A stretch of DNA of 64,000 nucleotides from Ignavibacteriales bacterium (GCA_003568415.1 PWXV01000336.1:69774-133773), one strand, 5' to 3'. Shown: positions 49,769 to 60,024, counted from the stretch's first letter. Notes: a model not told the origin generated them from the letters alone. Numbers and translations: made by a program.

Positions 49769-49783
49769 TGTAATCGGAACCGG

Positions 49784-50812
49784 ATGGCATATCGTTTACG
49801 AACACTCACCAATTTTATCATCGGTATTACTCTTACCGGTATATTTTTATTTATAGCATTTCGCGGCACTGATTTTGCCGAGTTATGGTTTATTATTCAA
49901 AATGTAAATGCATGGTGGGTGCTTACTGCCTTTCCACTTTTAATGGTGAGCCACTATGTACGTGCCTGGCGATGGCAGCTCCTGCTTGTGCCGGTTAAAG
50001 ATCGGGTTGGACGCGGGAACGCTTTCTCCAGTTTACTGATAGGATATCTCGCGAATAATATAATACCGCGGTCCGGAGAGATTGTGCGGCCATACACGCT
50101 GGGCAGGATCGAGAATATTTCTAAGGCATCGACGTTCGGATCGGTATTTCTCGAACGAATGATTGATCTCATAACACTTTTAATCTGTTTGGGTTTAATA
50201 TTTCTCGTTTTCCAACGAACTGTTACAGATCAGTTTGCGTGGTGGAACACACTTAGTTTAATCGCAGTTGCGTTGACTGCAATCTTTATAGTATCAATTG
50301 TATTATTGTTATACCAACGCGATTTTATGCTCCGCTTTGCGAAAATTGTTTTATTTCCTTTCTCGGAGCGTATACAACAAAAGGGGGAAGAGGTCTTCCA
50401 TTCTTTTGTTGACGGTATGATGATACTGAGACAGCGGAGTAATTTGGTTTCAATAGTTGTCCTCACCATTGCAATGTGGATATTTTATATCTTTGCCGCT
50501 TATCTGCCGTTATTCGCTTTTAATCTCGGTGATACGCCGGTGAATATTATGACAGGATTTGTTTTGACTATCGTTACTTCATTAAGTGTTATCGTCCCGA
50601 CACCCGGTGCCACAGGTTCGTACCATACTTTTACGGTGGAGACATTGACCAGGTTGTATGGTTTACAACGTGAAGTTGCACTCGGCTATGCGACATTAAC
50701 CCACGCGGTTGGTTATTTCTCGGTTATATTTGTCGGCTTGTTTTATTTATTACGGTATAATCTCCGGCTCCGGGATTTCTTCACACAAGTTGAAACCGAA
50801 AACAAGGAATAA
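49784..50812 (+). CDS. Flippase-like / lysylphosphatidylglycerol-synthase-TM-region family membrane protein (UPF0104).
   Basis: 8 TM helices and a conserved VRAWRWQLLL segment. Confidence 0.6.
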   Translation: MAYRLRTLTNFIIGITLTGIFLFIAFRGTDFAELWFIIQNVNAWWVLTAFPLLMVSHYVRAWRWQLLLVPVKDRVGRGNAFSSLLIGYLANNIIPRSGEIVRPYTLGRIENISKASTFGSVFLERMIDLITLLICLGLIFLVFQRTVTDQFAWWNTLSLIAVALTAIFIVSIVLLLYQRDFMLRFAKIVLFPFSERIQQKGEEVFHSFVDGMMILRQRSNLVSIVVLTIAMWIFYIFAAYLPLFAFNLGDTPVNIMTGFVLTIVTSLSVIVPTPGATGSYHTFTVETLTRLYGLQREVALGYATLTHAVGYFSVIFVGLFYLLRYNLRLRDFFTQVETENKE

Positions 50813-50821
50813 GCGGTACAG

Positions 50822-51514
50822 ATGAAAAAAATATTTTTATATTGCTCGATATTCTTAGTACTGTTTGTACTGCCTAAGCTGAACGCCGACGATATGCAAG
50901 ACAATGTGATTTTACAATACCGGTACGGGATCGGTGGTGGAATGGGGGTAAGCGCGATCAGCGTAAACGAGGTTGTTTCGTATTTAAATCTATTATATAT
51001 ACCTGATATCTACAGCAGAATTTCAGAATTTAGTTCCTCAATTGAATTCTTCGGCAGCTATGATCATTTTATCAATCCAAACTTTGCCGCGGGATTTGAA
51101 TATTCCTATTTGTTGGGATCTCATAATATCTCAACAGGATTCGGGTCTAACGATTTTACCTATTCGTATCATATGCCGTTATTACTTGTTCATTATGTAC
51201 TAGGCGGTTCCGAATATTTTTTTAAATTTGGCGGAGGTCTTGGATATATATTCGCCCGGTTCAAGGAGGATCTTGCAGCTCTTCCCGATGCAATTGTCTA
51301 TACCGGCGGGGGTATTGGTGGTAAAGCACAAGCTGTCGGCCATACACCGTTTGGTGATAATCTGTTTGGTTATATCGGTGTTGAAATGCGGTTCGCGTTT
51401 CCGGGGTCGGTTCACGATGACGAAGGCAAAGCATTAACCGACGGTCGTGACGATGTGTCATTAAACTTTTTTTCATTCGGGCTTAAATTCGGCCTTATGT
51501 ATTATTTTAATTAA
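50822..51514 (+). CDS. Outer-membrane beta-barrel protein (porin-family type).
   Basis: Signal peptide, alternating-hydrophobic beta strands, and a C-terminal aromatic terminus ...FGLMYYFN. Confidence 0.55.
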   Translation: MKKIFLYCSIFLVLFVLPKLNADDMQDNVILQYRYGIGGGMGVSAISVNEVVSYLNLLYIPDIYSRISEFSSSIEFFGSYDHFINPNFAAGFEYSYLLGSHNISTGFGSNDFTYSYHMPLLLVHYVLGGSEYFFKFGGGLGYIFARFKEDLAALPDAIVYTGGGIGGKAQAVGHTPFGDNLFGYIGVEMRFAFPGSVHDDEGKALTDGRDDVSLNFFSFGLKFGLMYYFN

Positions 51515-51522
51515 GAATTGTC

Positions 51523-52338
51523 ATGTCTTTTCTCGATGCTCTAATACTTGGATTAATACAGGGCTTGACTGAATTTTTACCGGTCAGCAGTTCAGGTCAT
51601 CTTGTCCTTGGTCAGGAAGTACTCGGTGTGCTGGCTGACGACAATATTACTTTTGAGGTGTTTGTACATTTTGGTACGTTATTCAGCATACTTGCCATAT
51701 TCTGGCGGGATGTCTGGCAGATATTCTCATCGTTATTTCAGGCAGTGAGACGTCCGGGTTCGATACCGGTACTGCTCAAAGAAGATGAACATTTCAAGCT
51801 TGCTGTGCTTATACTCATCGGTTCCATACCTGCGGCAGTTATTGGTCTATCATTTAAACCGTATGTTGAGCGTGCTTTTTCGGATGTTAATCTTGTGGGT
51901 GTGATGCTGATGATTACAGGTTTGGTACTGTTCCTGACACGATTATCCCGCCCAAAACCTGATAAAATGGTTGGCTGGGGCACGGCAATATTTATAGGGT
52001 TTGCTCAGGCGTTTGCAATAATGCCCGGTATATCACGGGCGGGCATGACAATTAGTGCGGGACTTTTCTCGGGTGTGGCACGCGAACAGGCGGCACGATA
52101 TTCTTTTTTACTTGCACTCCCTGCTATTTTCGGCGCGACATTGCTCGAAACATTTGAAATAACCGGCCAGCCAATTGAATCGCATTTTGTAATCGCGCTG
52201 GTGATAGGCACGGTCGCAGCCTTTGTGGCAGGATATGTTGCTATAAAAACTATTTTTGTTGTTTTAAAAAAGGATAAATTTAGTTACTTTTCATTTTATT
52301 GTTTGGCTGTAGGTTTAATTGTTATTTTATTGACATAA
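51523..52338 (+). CDS. uppP: Undecaprenyl-diphosphatase.
   Basis: MSFLDALILGLIQGLTEFLPVSSSGHL BacA/UppP signature. Confidence 0.9.
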   Translation: MSFLDALILGLIQGLTEFLPVSSSGHLVLGQEVLGVLADDNITFEVFVHFGTLFSILAIFWRDVWQIFSSLFQAVRRPGSIPVLLKEDEHFKLAVLILIGSIPAAVIGLSFKPYVERAFSDVNLVGVMLMITGLVLFLTRLSRPKPDKMVGWGTAIFIGFAQAFAIMPGISRAGMTISAGLFSGVAREQAARYSFLLALPAIFGATLLETFEITGQPIESHFVIALVIGTVAAFVAGYVAIKTIFVVLKKDKFSYFSFYCLAVGLIVILLT

Positions 52339-52357
52339 TTAATTCGAGGAGGAAATA

Positions 52358-52981
52358 ATGCACAGATATTTTTTTCTAACACTGATCACAACAGTACTTA
52401 TGTTAATAGTTGCATGTGGTCAACAGGAAAACGGGGGTGAAATGCAGGAGGCACAAGCCACAAACGATGACCCGGTAACCGGCGATTCACTTGTTGTAAT
52501 CGAAACAACTATGGGAACAATACAAATTGAATTGTTTACCGAAGATGCACCATTGCATTCGGAAAACTTCAAAAAACTTGCACGAGAAGGTTTTTATAAC
52601 GGCACAACGTTTCACCGGGTGATCCCGGGTTTCGTTGCACAGGGCGGTGATCCGAATTCACGCTCTGAAGATCGGAGTGTCCATGGCCGCGGCGGCCCGG
52701 GATATACCATTCCCGCAGAGATCGGCATTGATCATAAGCGCTCGTATGTTGCAGCGGCACGGCTCGGCGATCAGGTGAATCCCGAACGCGAATCAAGCGG
52801 CAGCCAGTTCTATATTTGTCTTGATGATCTCCCGAGTCTTGATGGAGCATATACTGTATTCGGCCGGGTGGTTGACGGTATGGATGTTGTTGATCAGATA
52901 GCAGAGGTAGAGACCGATCAAAATGATAATCCTGTTGAACGAATAGAAATGCAAAATGTCACACTAATTCCGAAAGAATAA
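52358..52981 (+). CDS. Peptidyl-prolyl cis-trans isomerase (cyclophilin type), lipoprotein.
   Basis: FHRVIPGFVAQGGDP cyclophilin motif, and a signal peptide with Cys (IVACG). Confidence 0.85.
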   Translation: MHRYFFLTLITTVLMLIVACGQQENGGEMQEAQATNDDPVTGDSLVVIETTMGTIQIELFTEDAPLHSENFKKLAREGFYNGTTFHRVIPGFVAQGGDPNSRSEDRSVHGRGGPGYTIPAEIGIDHKRSYVAAARLGDQVNPERESSGSQFYICLDDLPSLDGAYTVFGRVVDGMDVVDQIAEVETDQNDNPVERIEMQNVTLIPKE

Positions 52982-52985
52982 TCAT

Positions 52986-54473
52986 ATGAGCAGCCGACAA
53001 GAGTTTTTTACCTCCCGGTGGGGGATGATTCTTGCGGTGATAGGAATTGCGGTGGGAACCGGAAACATCTGGCGATTTCCCCGTATTGTTGCACAGAATG
53101 ACGGCGGATCATTTCTCATACCCTGGATAATCTTCCTTTTTATATGGTCGATCCCGCTGATTATTGCCGAGATCGCTATCGGTAAAAAAACCCGAAAAGG
53201 AACCATCGGTGCACTGTCTGAGATGGCCGGAGAAAAATTCGGATGGATGGGTGCATTTGTAGGTTTTGTCGCAACGGCTATTATGTTTTACTATGCAGTT
53301 GTTGCGGGGTGGTGTATAAATTATCTGTATTCTTCGTTTTCCGGTACCATTGTTACGACGGCAGACCACGTAGCATTGTGGGATTCGTTTACTGCCGGTT
53401 ATCAACCGCTTTTCTTCCATGCTATTGCCATGCTCATCGGTGTGTATATTATCTACCGCGGCGTAGTTGATGGCATTGAACGCTGGAACCGGATTCTCAT
53501 CCCCTCACTTCTCGTTATGCTTTTAATCCTGGCCGTGCGGGCACTGACGCTTGACGGTGCGATGGAAGGTATCGCCTATCTGTTTACACCGAATCTTGAA
53601 CGGTTGTTTGACCACCGTATCTGGCTGCAGGCACTTACGCAAAATGCTTGGGATACCGGTGCGGGCTGGGGATTGATTTTAACATATGCAATATATCTTC
53701 GCAAACGGGAAGATATTGCGCTCAATGCTGCAGTAACCGGTTTGAGTAATAACTCGGTTTCACTTCTTGCCGCAATCATTGTATTTGCAACTATATTCGG
53801 CATTGCCGGTGCTGCCGGTGTTGAAGAACTTGAGATCGGTACCGGTAGTACAAATATCGGTATGGCATTTATTTTTCTGCCGCAACTGTTCACACAGATG
53901 CCCGGTGGACCGTTGGTACAGAGTTTCTTCTCGAGTATCTTCTTTCTGTCGCTGAGTGTAGCAGCAATCAGTTCGCTCATTTCAATGATCGAACTGGCCG
54001 TTCGGGTGTTTATGGATATGGGATTAATGCGCCGTAATGCTATTTTAATTGTCGGTTCACTCGGCTTTTTGTTCGGTATTCCATCGGCATTGAGTTTGAC
54101 TGTATTCTATAATCAGGATTGGGTTTGGGGAGTTGGCTTGATGATAAGCGGTGGGTTTATATCATTCTCGGTAATAAAGTTTGGTGCGGATAAATTCAGA
54201 CGTGAGGTTGTCAATGGTGAAGGTTCGGACGTACAGATCGGAAAGTGGTATAACTATGTGATATCGCTGCTTATCCCGCTGCAAGTTATTGTTTTAATTG
54301 TGTGGTGGTTGTACTCGTCAACACAATGGGACCCGGAAGGTTGGTGGAACCCATTCGGAGCCGAGACACTCGGGACTTGCCTTTTCCAGTGGGGAATCAT
54401 TCTCGCACTCTTTATAGGTTTCAATAAAGTCATTGTTAGAAGAACTATGAAACATACAGCAAAAAGAACATAA
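52986..54473 (+). CDS. Sodium-dependent transporter (NSS/SNF family).
   Basis: N-terminal GLGNIWRFP-like motif (VGTGNIWRFP), 11-12 TM helices. Confidence 0.85.
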   Translation: MSSRQEFFTSRWGMILAVIGIAVGTGNIWRFPRIVAQNDGGSFLIPWIIFLFIWSIPLIIAEIAIGKKTRKGTIGALSEMAGEKFGWMGAFVGFVATAIMFYYAVVAGWCINYLYSSFSGTIVTTADHVALWDSFTAGYQPLFFHAIAMLIGVYIIYRGVVDGIERWNRILIPSLLVMLLILAVRALTLDGAMEGIAYLFTPNLERLFDHRIWLQALTQNAWDTGAGWGLILTYAIYLRKREDIALNAAVTGLSNNSVSLLAAIIVFATIFGIAGAAGVEELEIGTGSTNIGMAFIFLPQLFTQMPGGPLVQSFFSSIFFLSLSVAAISSLISMIELAVRVFMDMGLMRRNAILIVGSLGFLFGIPSALSLTVFYNQDWVWGVGLMISGGFISFSVIKFGADKFRREVVNGEGSDVQIGKWYNYVISLLIPLQVIVLIVWWLYSSTQWDPEGWWNPFGAETLGTCLFQWGIILALFIGFNKVIVRRTMKHTAKRT

Positions 54474-54475
54474 GT

Positions 54476-54595
54476 ATGGATACTGCTACCGTAATTACGA
54501 TGATCTTTGTTCTCGGCATAGTCTGGGGTGGCTGTTTTTATGTTGTAAGTCTCGCCATGCGACGTGAGAGGAGAAAGATTGCTAATGAAAAGTAA
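54476..54595 (+). CDS. NSS-transporter small subunit (methionine/alanine importer small-subunit-like). 39 aa. It is absent from the ORF track.
   Basis: Its ATG lies 2 nt after the transporter stop. It encodes MDTATVITMIFVLGIVWGGCFYVVSLAMRRERRKIANEK: a single TM helix with a WGG motif, as in the small subunits paired with NSS transporters. Confidence 0.55.
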   Translation: MDTATVITMIFVLGIVWGGCFYVVSLAMRRERRKIANEK

Positions 54596-55652
54596 AAGAG
54601 CTAAGAAAAACCCCGGACTTTCAATCGAAGATCTGCATCGATCGGTTAAACAGGGTTCGATAGCGCCTTGTTACCTGTTTGCAGGTCCCGAACAGTTTAC
54701 TGCCGACGAAGCGGTAACAATGCTTCGTGATGCACTCATTCCCGAAGATCAACGCAGTTTTAATTACGATGTACTATACGGTTACGAGGTACAATCGCAA
54801 GAAGTCGTCGCGCTCGCATCATCATACCCGATGATGGGAGAGAAACGTATGGTCGTTGTTAAAGAATTCGATAAATTGAAAAATCCCGACGGGGTCACTT
54901 CATATGTGAAAAATCCACTTGATTCAACAGTCCTGATTTTGATCAGTGAATCATCGGATAACCGGAAAAATCCCTATCGATTATTTAATGAGACCAATAC
55001 CCTTGCATGTAAACCAATTTATGATAATCAAGTGCCTCAATGGGTAGCGAAGCGGGTAAAGCGGTATAAAAAAACGATAACAGCCGAGGCGGCTGCAATG
55101 CTTGCAGCATATACCGGTACCTCATTGCGTCAAGTATCGAATGAGCTCGATAAACTCGATATTTACACAATCGACCGTAAAGAGATCACGATCGATGATG
55201 TTAATGCAGTAGTTGGGGTTACGAAAGCATTTAATATTTTCGAGTTATATAAGGCTATCGGAAAGAAAGATGCTGCAAATGCCGTAAATATACTGGACCG
55301 GATGCTCGAGCGAGGTGAAAGTCCGACAATGATTGTTACGATGCTGACGCGACTCTTTACGCAGATAACTATGCTGGCAGACCTTCATGCCAAAAATCTA
55401 TCACGTCAAAAAATTGCCCAGGAATTAAAAATTCACCCCTTTTTTATGGATGAATACTATGAGTATTTAAACCATCATCCTCCGGAATCGATATCCGACA
55501 GGTTCAGGTCTCTTTTAGAGGCCGATACCTCATTGAAGATGACGGGGAAGGATCCGGGTCTTGTGCTTTCTATTCTTTTATACCGGTTGATGGATAAAGA
55601 AGCTGCTTCACTCGATTTAGTCGAAGAATTAGCGAGTGAGTTCAGTGAGTGA
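54585..55652 (+). CDS. holA: DNA polymerase III delta subunit.
   Basis: HolA family (CYLFAGPEQFTADEAV...MGEKRMVVV). The ATG at 54585 is preferred over the GTG at 54564 given in the ORF track. Confidence 0.75.
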   Translation: MKSKRAKKNPGLSIEDLHRSVKQGSIAPCYLFAGPEQFTADEAVTMLRDALIPEDQRSFNYDVLYGYEVQSQEVVALASSYPMMGEKRMVVVKEFDKLKNPDGVTSYVKNPLDSTVLILISESSDNRKNPYRLFNETNTLACKPIYDNQVPQWVAKRVKRYKKTITAEAAAMLAAYTGTSLRQVSNELDKLDIYTIDRKEITIDDVNAVVGVTKAFNIFELYKAIGKKDAANAVNILDRMLERGESPTMIVTMLTRLFTQITMLADLHAKNLSRQKIAQELKIHPFFMDEYYEYLNHHPPESISDRFRSLLEADTSLKMTGKDPGLVLSILLYRLMDKEAASLDLVEELASEFSE

Positions 55653-57201
55653 TTTTGATTTGTTTATTGATTTTGCCGGAGTGACTGCATACGAATGGCA
55701 GCTGTTTGCCGGTATGCTCATAGGTTTATTTACCTGTGTGGGTATTGCAGAAGCGCTTCGCAAAACCACGTCTCTTACCGGGAATACCACACGAAAAATC
55801 GTTCACATCCTTGTCGGAGTTTTTGTTTTTTTCGTTCCGATACTTTTTATATCGCCGATTCCCGGCATGATAATGTCGCTTCTATTTATCGGTGTTAATT
55901 ATATATCGGTACGGTTCAGATTGTTTAAGGGGATGGATGACACTTCCCGTGAGACGTATGGCACGGTGTATTTTCCGCTGGCTTTTCTAATCCTTATTAT
56001 ATTGTTCTGGGAATCATATCCGGTTATCATTTCGACATCGATACTCATTCTTGGTATATCGGATGCGGCTGCGGCATTTGTCGGAGAAAGCAGTAAAAAC
56101 CCGAGAACCTATAACCTGTCAGGGGATCGCAAGTCATTGCAGGGCAGTACTGCGATGTTTGTATTTACGTTCATCGTATCATTGTGCTGCCTTGTGTGGT
56201 ATCCATTTACACTTCCGGCAGATGCCCAGGTTGCCGGTTCGTCTGTGCTCTATATAATCTCAATCGCGATTGTAGTAGCTGGAGTGACTACCGTCGTTGA
56301 AGCTATGGCTGTACGCGGACTTGATAATTTATTCATTCCGTTGAGTGCTTCAATTATTTTATTTGTAGGATTGGAAGGAGCTGGGGTCATAGAGATTCAG
56401 TTATTGACCGGATTTATTTTCGCCGTCTTGGTAAGTGTTGCATCGCTACGTGCGGGTTTTCTTGCACCAAACGGAGCTGCCGCTACATTCCTTATGGCTG
56501 TGATAATTTTTGGTATCGGCGGATGGCAATGGACTATCCCAATGCTAACGTTTTTTATTCTTTCAAGTATCATTTCCAGGATGAAAAACAAACGGAAAGA
56601 AGCCGCAGAACAATTATTTGAAAAATCGCACCGGCGTGATATGGGACAGGTGGCCGCAAACGGCGGACTTGCTTCTCTTTTTGTCATACTTGAATTTATC
56701 TGGCCGGACCCTGTGTGGTATCTTGCCTATCTCGGTGCAATAGCAGCCGCAACCGCCGATACGTGGGGGACTGAGTTCGGCGTTTCATTTAGTTCCGGAG
56801 TACGGAATATTGTCACCTTCCGGAAAGTACCCCGCGGTACTTCGGGCGGGATTTCATTCGTCGGTACCGTTGCAGGTTTTGCTGGCGGAGCGGTGATAGC
56901 CCTGAGTGGTATACTGTGGTACCAGCAAACGACTGTGATTACCCCGCCATCGTTTGGATTCGTCGGACTGGTTGCAGGGGCCGGGATAGCTGGTAGTTTG
57001 TTTGACAGCTACCTCGGGGCAACCGTTCAGGCCATATATAAATGTCCGGTATGTGAAGCTCTTACAGAACGAAAATGTCATTGCGAGACTATCACTCATA
57101 AAGTAAGAGGCAAGGCCTGGATGACCAATGATTATGTGAACCTGGCGTGTACTGCTATGGGATCAATTGCTGCTATAGTGTTATATCTTCTGTATTTGTA
57201 A
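55636..57201 (+). CDS. Fusion membrane protein: an N-terminal CTP-dependent polyprenol kinase-like domain (dolichol/phytol-kinase family) plus a C-terminal DUF92 (TMEM19/VTE6-like) domain.
   Basis: N-terminal motif ISDAAAAFVGESSKNP...GDRKSLQGSTAMFV (kinase family KS.EG motif). C-terminal DUF92-like GGISFVGTVAGFAGGAVIA, then a Cys cluster (CPVCE...CHCE). Confidence 0.55.
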   Translation: MSSVSDFDLFIDFAGVTAYEWQLFAGMLIGLFTCVGIAEALRKTTSLTGNTTRKIVHILVGVFVFFVPILFISPIPGMIMSLLFIGVNYISVRFRLFKGMDDTSRETYGTVYFPLAFLILIILFWESYPVIISTSILILGISDAAAAFVGESSKNPRTYNLSGDRKSLQGSTAMFVFTFIVSLCCLVWYPFTLPADAQVAGSSVLYIISIAIVVAGVTTVVEAMAVRGLDNLFIPLSASIILFVGLEGAGVIEIQLLTGFIFAVLVSVASLRAGFLAPNGAAATFLMAVIIFGIGGWQWTIPMLTFFILSSIISRMKNKRKEAAEQLFEKSHRRDMGQVAANGGLASLFVILEFIWPDPVWYLAYLGAIAAATADTWGTEFGVSFSSGVRNIVTFRKVPRGTSGGISFVGTVAGFAGGAVIALSGILWYQQTTVITPPSFGFVGLVAGAGIAGSLFDSYLGATVQAIYKCPVCEALTERKCHCETITHKVRGKAWMTNDYVNLACTAMGSIAAIVLYLLYL

Positions 57202-57272
57202 TTTGCTATTCATGAAGAATTTGTCGTTACTATTTTTTATAATACAATTTATACTCAGAGAGGAGATACACT

Positions 57273-57941
57273 ATGGAACAATTTAACGGCATACTCGAGT
57301 CATTAAATCGATTCTGGATTGATATCGGAGCTTTCCTCCCAAACTTACTTGTCGCAGCTTTATTGTTAATTATCGGTTGGATTGTGGCAAAAGTAGTGCA
57401 AAATGTTACTATTCGGGGACTCCGGTTTCTTCGTATCGATGTGTTTGCTGAACGTTCAGGTATTGAAGATTTTTTACTCAAGGGAGGTGTTCGTTTTACC
57501 GCGGTTACACTTATAGCTGCCTTGATTTATTGGACAATATTATTTGTTGTCTTTCTGGCAGTATTAAATACGCTCGGACTGGATATTGCCGCGGAATTAT
57601 TCAATCAGGTAATATTATATATCCCGAATGTTATCGTTGCGATAGCGCTGTTGATTTTTGGAACATTGTTTGCACAGTTTGTACAAAGCGCATTATTTAC
57701 GTATCTGAATAATATAGGTATCAGTGGTGCCCGGCTTGTCAGCGGCATTGCTAAATATGCGATCATCGTGTTTGTAATTTCAATCGCACTCGAACAACTT
57801 GCCATCGGCGGAGATATTCTTGTTTCTGCGTTTCAAATTGCGTTCGGAGCGTTTTGTCTGGCGCTTGCCCTTGCTTTCGGATTGGGTGGTCGCGATTGGG
57901 CAGCACGCGTTATAGATAATGTGTCAAAAAAAGCAAAGTAG
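57273..57941 (+). CDS. Membrane protein made of conserved TM-helix repeats (MscS-associated TM_helix type). Hypothetical.
   Basis: Repeated ~50-aa hydrophobic modules, with no channel domain. Confidence 0.45.
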   Translation: MEQFNGILESLNRFWIDIGAFLPNLLVAALLLIIGWIVAKVVQNVTIRGLRFLRIDVFAERSGIEDFLLKGGVRFTAVTLIAALIYWTILFVVFLAVLNTLGLDIAAELFNQVILYIPNVIVAIALLIFGTLFAQFVQSALFTYLNNIGISGARLVSGIAKYAIIVFVISIALEQLAIGGDILVSAFQIAFGAFCLALALAFGLGGRDWAARVIDNVSKKAK

Positions 57942-57956
57942 GAAGGAGAGTAGAGC

Positions 57957-58805
57957 ATGATATTGGATTGCCATGTACATATTAATAATTATGGTGATGA
58001 AGAAAAGGATGTAACGGAGAAAACGTTTGAAGAACTCCAGACATCGATGCGCCGTAACCGTATCGATGCAGCGATGATATTGACCTCATATAAAGTAAAT
58101 CCCGGTCGTCCTTCAACACGGGAAGCCGTGCGATTGACCGAAGATTTGAAGCATATTTATGTCGTGGCGGGAATCAGCTATAATGATTTTCATCTGAATT
58201 ATCTCGTTGAGCTGCGCGATTATTTAAAAGATGGTACAGTGCGGGTATTAAAATTATATCCGGGGTATGAACCCTTTTATCCGAATGATGACATACTGCA
58301 TCCGGTGTATGAACTTGCCGAAGAATTCGATGTGCCTGTTATGATTCATACCGGTGATACATATTCACCGACCGGAAAAATTAAATATTCACATCCGATC
58401 CACGTTGATGATGTTGCAGTTGATTTTCCGAGGGTTAAGTTTATCATATGCCATCTCGGAAATCCCTGGACCCGCGATACAATGGAGGTTGTCTATAAAA
58501 ACGATAATGTGTATACTGATATCTCCGGATTGGTGCTCGGCAATTTTACCGACCGGTTCGAGGTATTCATGCGAAAACAACTGCAGGAAATGATACTTTT
58601 TGGTGTTGACCCGAATAGTGTTTTGTTCGGTACCGACTGGCCCATCTGTACTATGGAAACCTATTTACGGTTTATGAACGAACTGAAATTACCACTCGGT
58701 GAAAAAAAGAAAATATTCTGGGAAAATGGCGCTAAATTGTTTAAACTCGCTACATCAGACTCGCAGTTGAACAAGGGGTCTATGTGGGATTTTCTGAAAA
58801 CGTGA
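57957..58805 (+). CDS. Amidohydrolase-family (TIM-barrel metal-dependent hydrolase) protein.
   Basis: N-terminal LDCHVHI metal-binding His pair, a later ICHLGNPW His, and a GTDWP Asp. Confidence 0.65.
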   Translation: MILDCHVHINNYGDEEKDVTEKTFEELQTSMRRNRIDAAMILTSYKVNPGRPSTREAVRLTEDLKHIYVVAGISYNDFHLNYLVELRDYLKDGTVRVLKLYPGYEPFYPNDDILHPVYELAEEFDVPVMIHTGDTYSPTGKIKYSHPIHVDDVAVDFPRVKFIICHLGNPWTRDTMEVVYKNDNVYTDISGLVLGNFTDRFEVFMRKQLQEMILFGVDPNSVLFGTDWPICTMETYLRFMNELKLPLGEKKKIFWENGAKLFKLATSDSQLNKGSMWDFLKT

Positions 58806-58823
58806 AATCAAGGAAGTATATTA

Positions 58824-59597
58824 ATGACACGATTAGAAAAAGCTATCGTTCTAATAACCGGTGCAAGCAGCGGTATTGGTGAGGCATGTGCACGTGCCTT
58901 TGCCGATGCCGGCGCGAATCTCATTATTACTGCACGTAGAAATGAACGTCTCGAGCAACTTTCACAGGAGTTAAGGAATAATCACAAATCAGACGTCCTT
59001 GCTATTGAATTAGATGTACGAGATCAGCAAGCGGTGGAAGAAGCGATACCTTCATTGCCCGATGCCTGGAAAAAGATTGATGTTCTGGTTAATAATGCCG
59101 GATTGAGTCGCGGACTTGATAAAATTTATGAAGGGAAAATTCAGGATTGGGAGGAGATGGTCGATACCAATGTCAAAGGATTGCTCTATGTTAGCAGGGC
59201 AGTACTTCCCGGTATGGTTGAGCGCAACAAAGGAACAGTTATCAATATCGGTTCAATTGCGGGTCGTGAGGTATATCAAAAGGGAAATGTTTATTGTGCA
59301 ACAAAATTTGCTGTTGACGCGCTTACAAAAGGAATGCGCCTCGACCTGGTTGATACACAGGTGCGCGTCTGTACTGTCGATCCCGGCCTTGTTGAAACAG
59401 AGTTCAGTCAGGTTCGTTTCCGCGGTGATGCCGAGCGTGCAAAAAAAGTCTATTCGGACATGACACCGCTAACAGGCGACGATGTTGCCGAGGCTGTTGT
59501 ATTTGCCGCAAGCCGTCCACCACATGTACAATGTGCAGAGATATTGTTACTACCGACAGATCAGGCAGGCCCAACAATGGTACATCGAAGAAAATAA
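58824..59597 (+). CDS. SDR-family NAD(P)-dependent oxidoreductase.
   Basis: TGASSGIGEA cofactor motif, NNAG, and catalytic YCATKFAV (YxxxK). Confidence 0.85.
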   Translation: MTRLEKAIVLITGASSGIGEACARAFADAGANLIITARRNERLEQLSQELRNNHKSDVLAIELDVRDQQAVEEAIPSLPDAWKKIDVLVNNAGLSRGLDKIYEGKIQDWEEMVDTNVKGLLYVSRAVLPGMVERNKGTVINIGSIAGREVYQKGNVYCATKFAVDALTKGMRLDLVDTQVRVCTVDPGLVETEFSQVRFRGDAERAKKVYSDMTPLTGDDVAEAVVFAASRPPHVQCAEILLLPTDQAGPTMVHRRK

Positions 59598-59613
59598 GAC
59601 AGGAATACATAAT

Positions 59614-59991
59614 ATGAGCCATACATTTTTCATCCTCGGCGCTGTCTTTGCATTGATCGGCGTTGCTGCCGGTGCATTCGGCGCACACACATTGCGAGAT
59701 ATGCTCACGACACACTATTTGCATGTGTTTGAAACAGGTGTTCGCTATCAGATGTACCATGCTTTTGCATTGATTTTTACAGCGTGGGCACTTGATAAAT
59801 ATAACGATACCTACTTCCGGTTTGCAGGATGGGTGTTTACCGCAGGTATTATTTTGTTCTCGGGAAGTTTATATATCCTTGCATTAACGGGAACAGGTTG
59901 GCTCGGTGCAATAACACCGTTCGGGGGAGTGTTATTCCTTGCCGGATGGTTATTACTGATAATAGGATTTTTTAGTTCAAAAAAAGCTTAG
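59614..59991 (+). CDS. DUF423-family small membrane protein.
   Basis: 4 TM helices (MSHTFFILGAVFALIGVAAGAFGAH...). The ATG at 59614 is preferred over the ORF-track extension to 59482, which overlaps the SDR gene. Confidence 0.6.
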   Translation: MSHTFFILGAVFALIGVAAGAFGAHTLRDMLTTHYLHVFETGVRYQMYHAFALIFTAWALDKYNDTYFRFAGWVFTAGIILFSGSLYILALTGTGWLGAITPFGGVLFLAGWLLLIIGFFSSKKA

Positions 59992-60024
59992 TAATATTTT
60001 GTTGATAAGTAGAGGTGCTTATTT

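Noticed and set aside
59482-59613. ORF-track N-terminal extension of the DUF423 gene, overlapping the SDR gene's 3' end.
   Set aside because: The extension overlaps the SDR coding region. The ATG at 59614 starts directly at the first TM helix.
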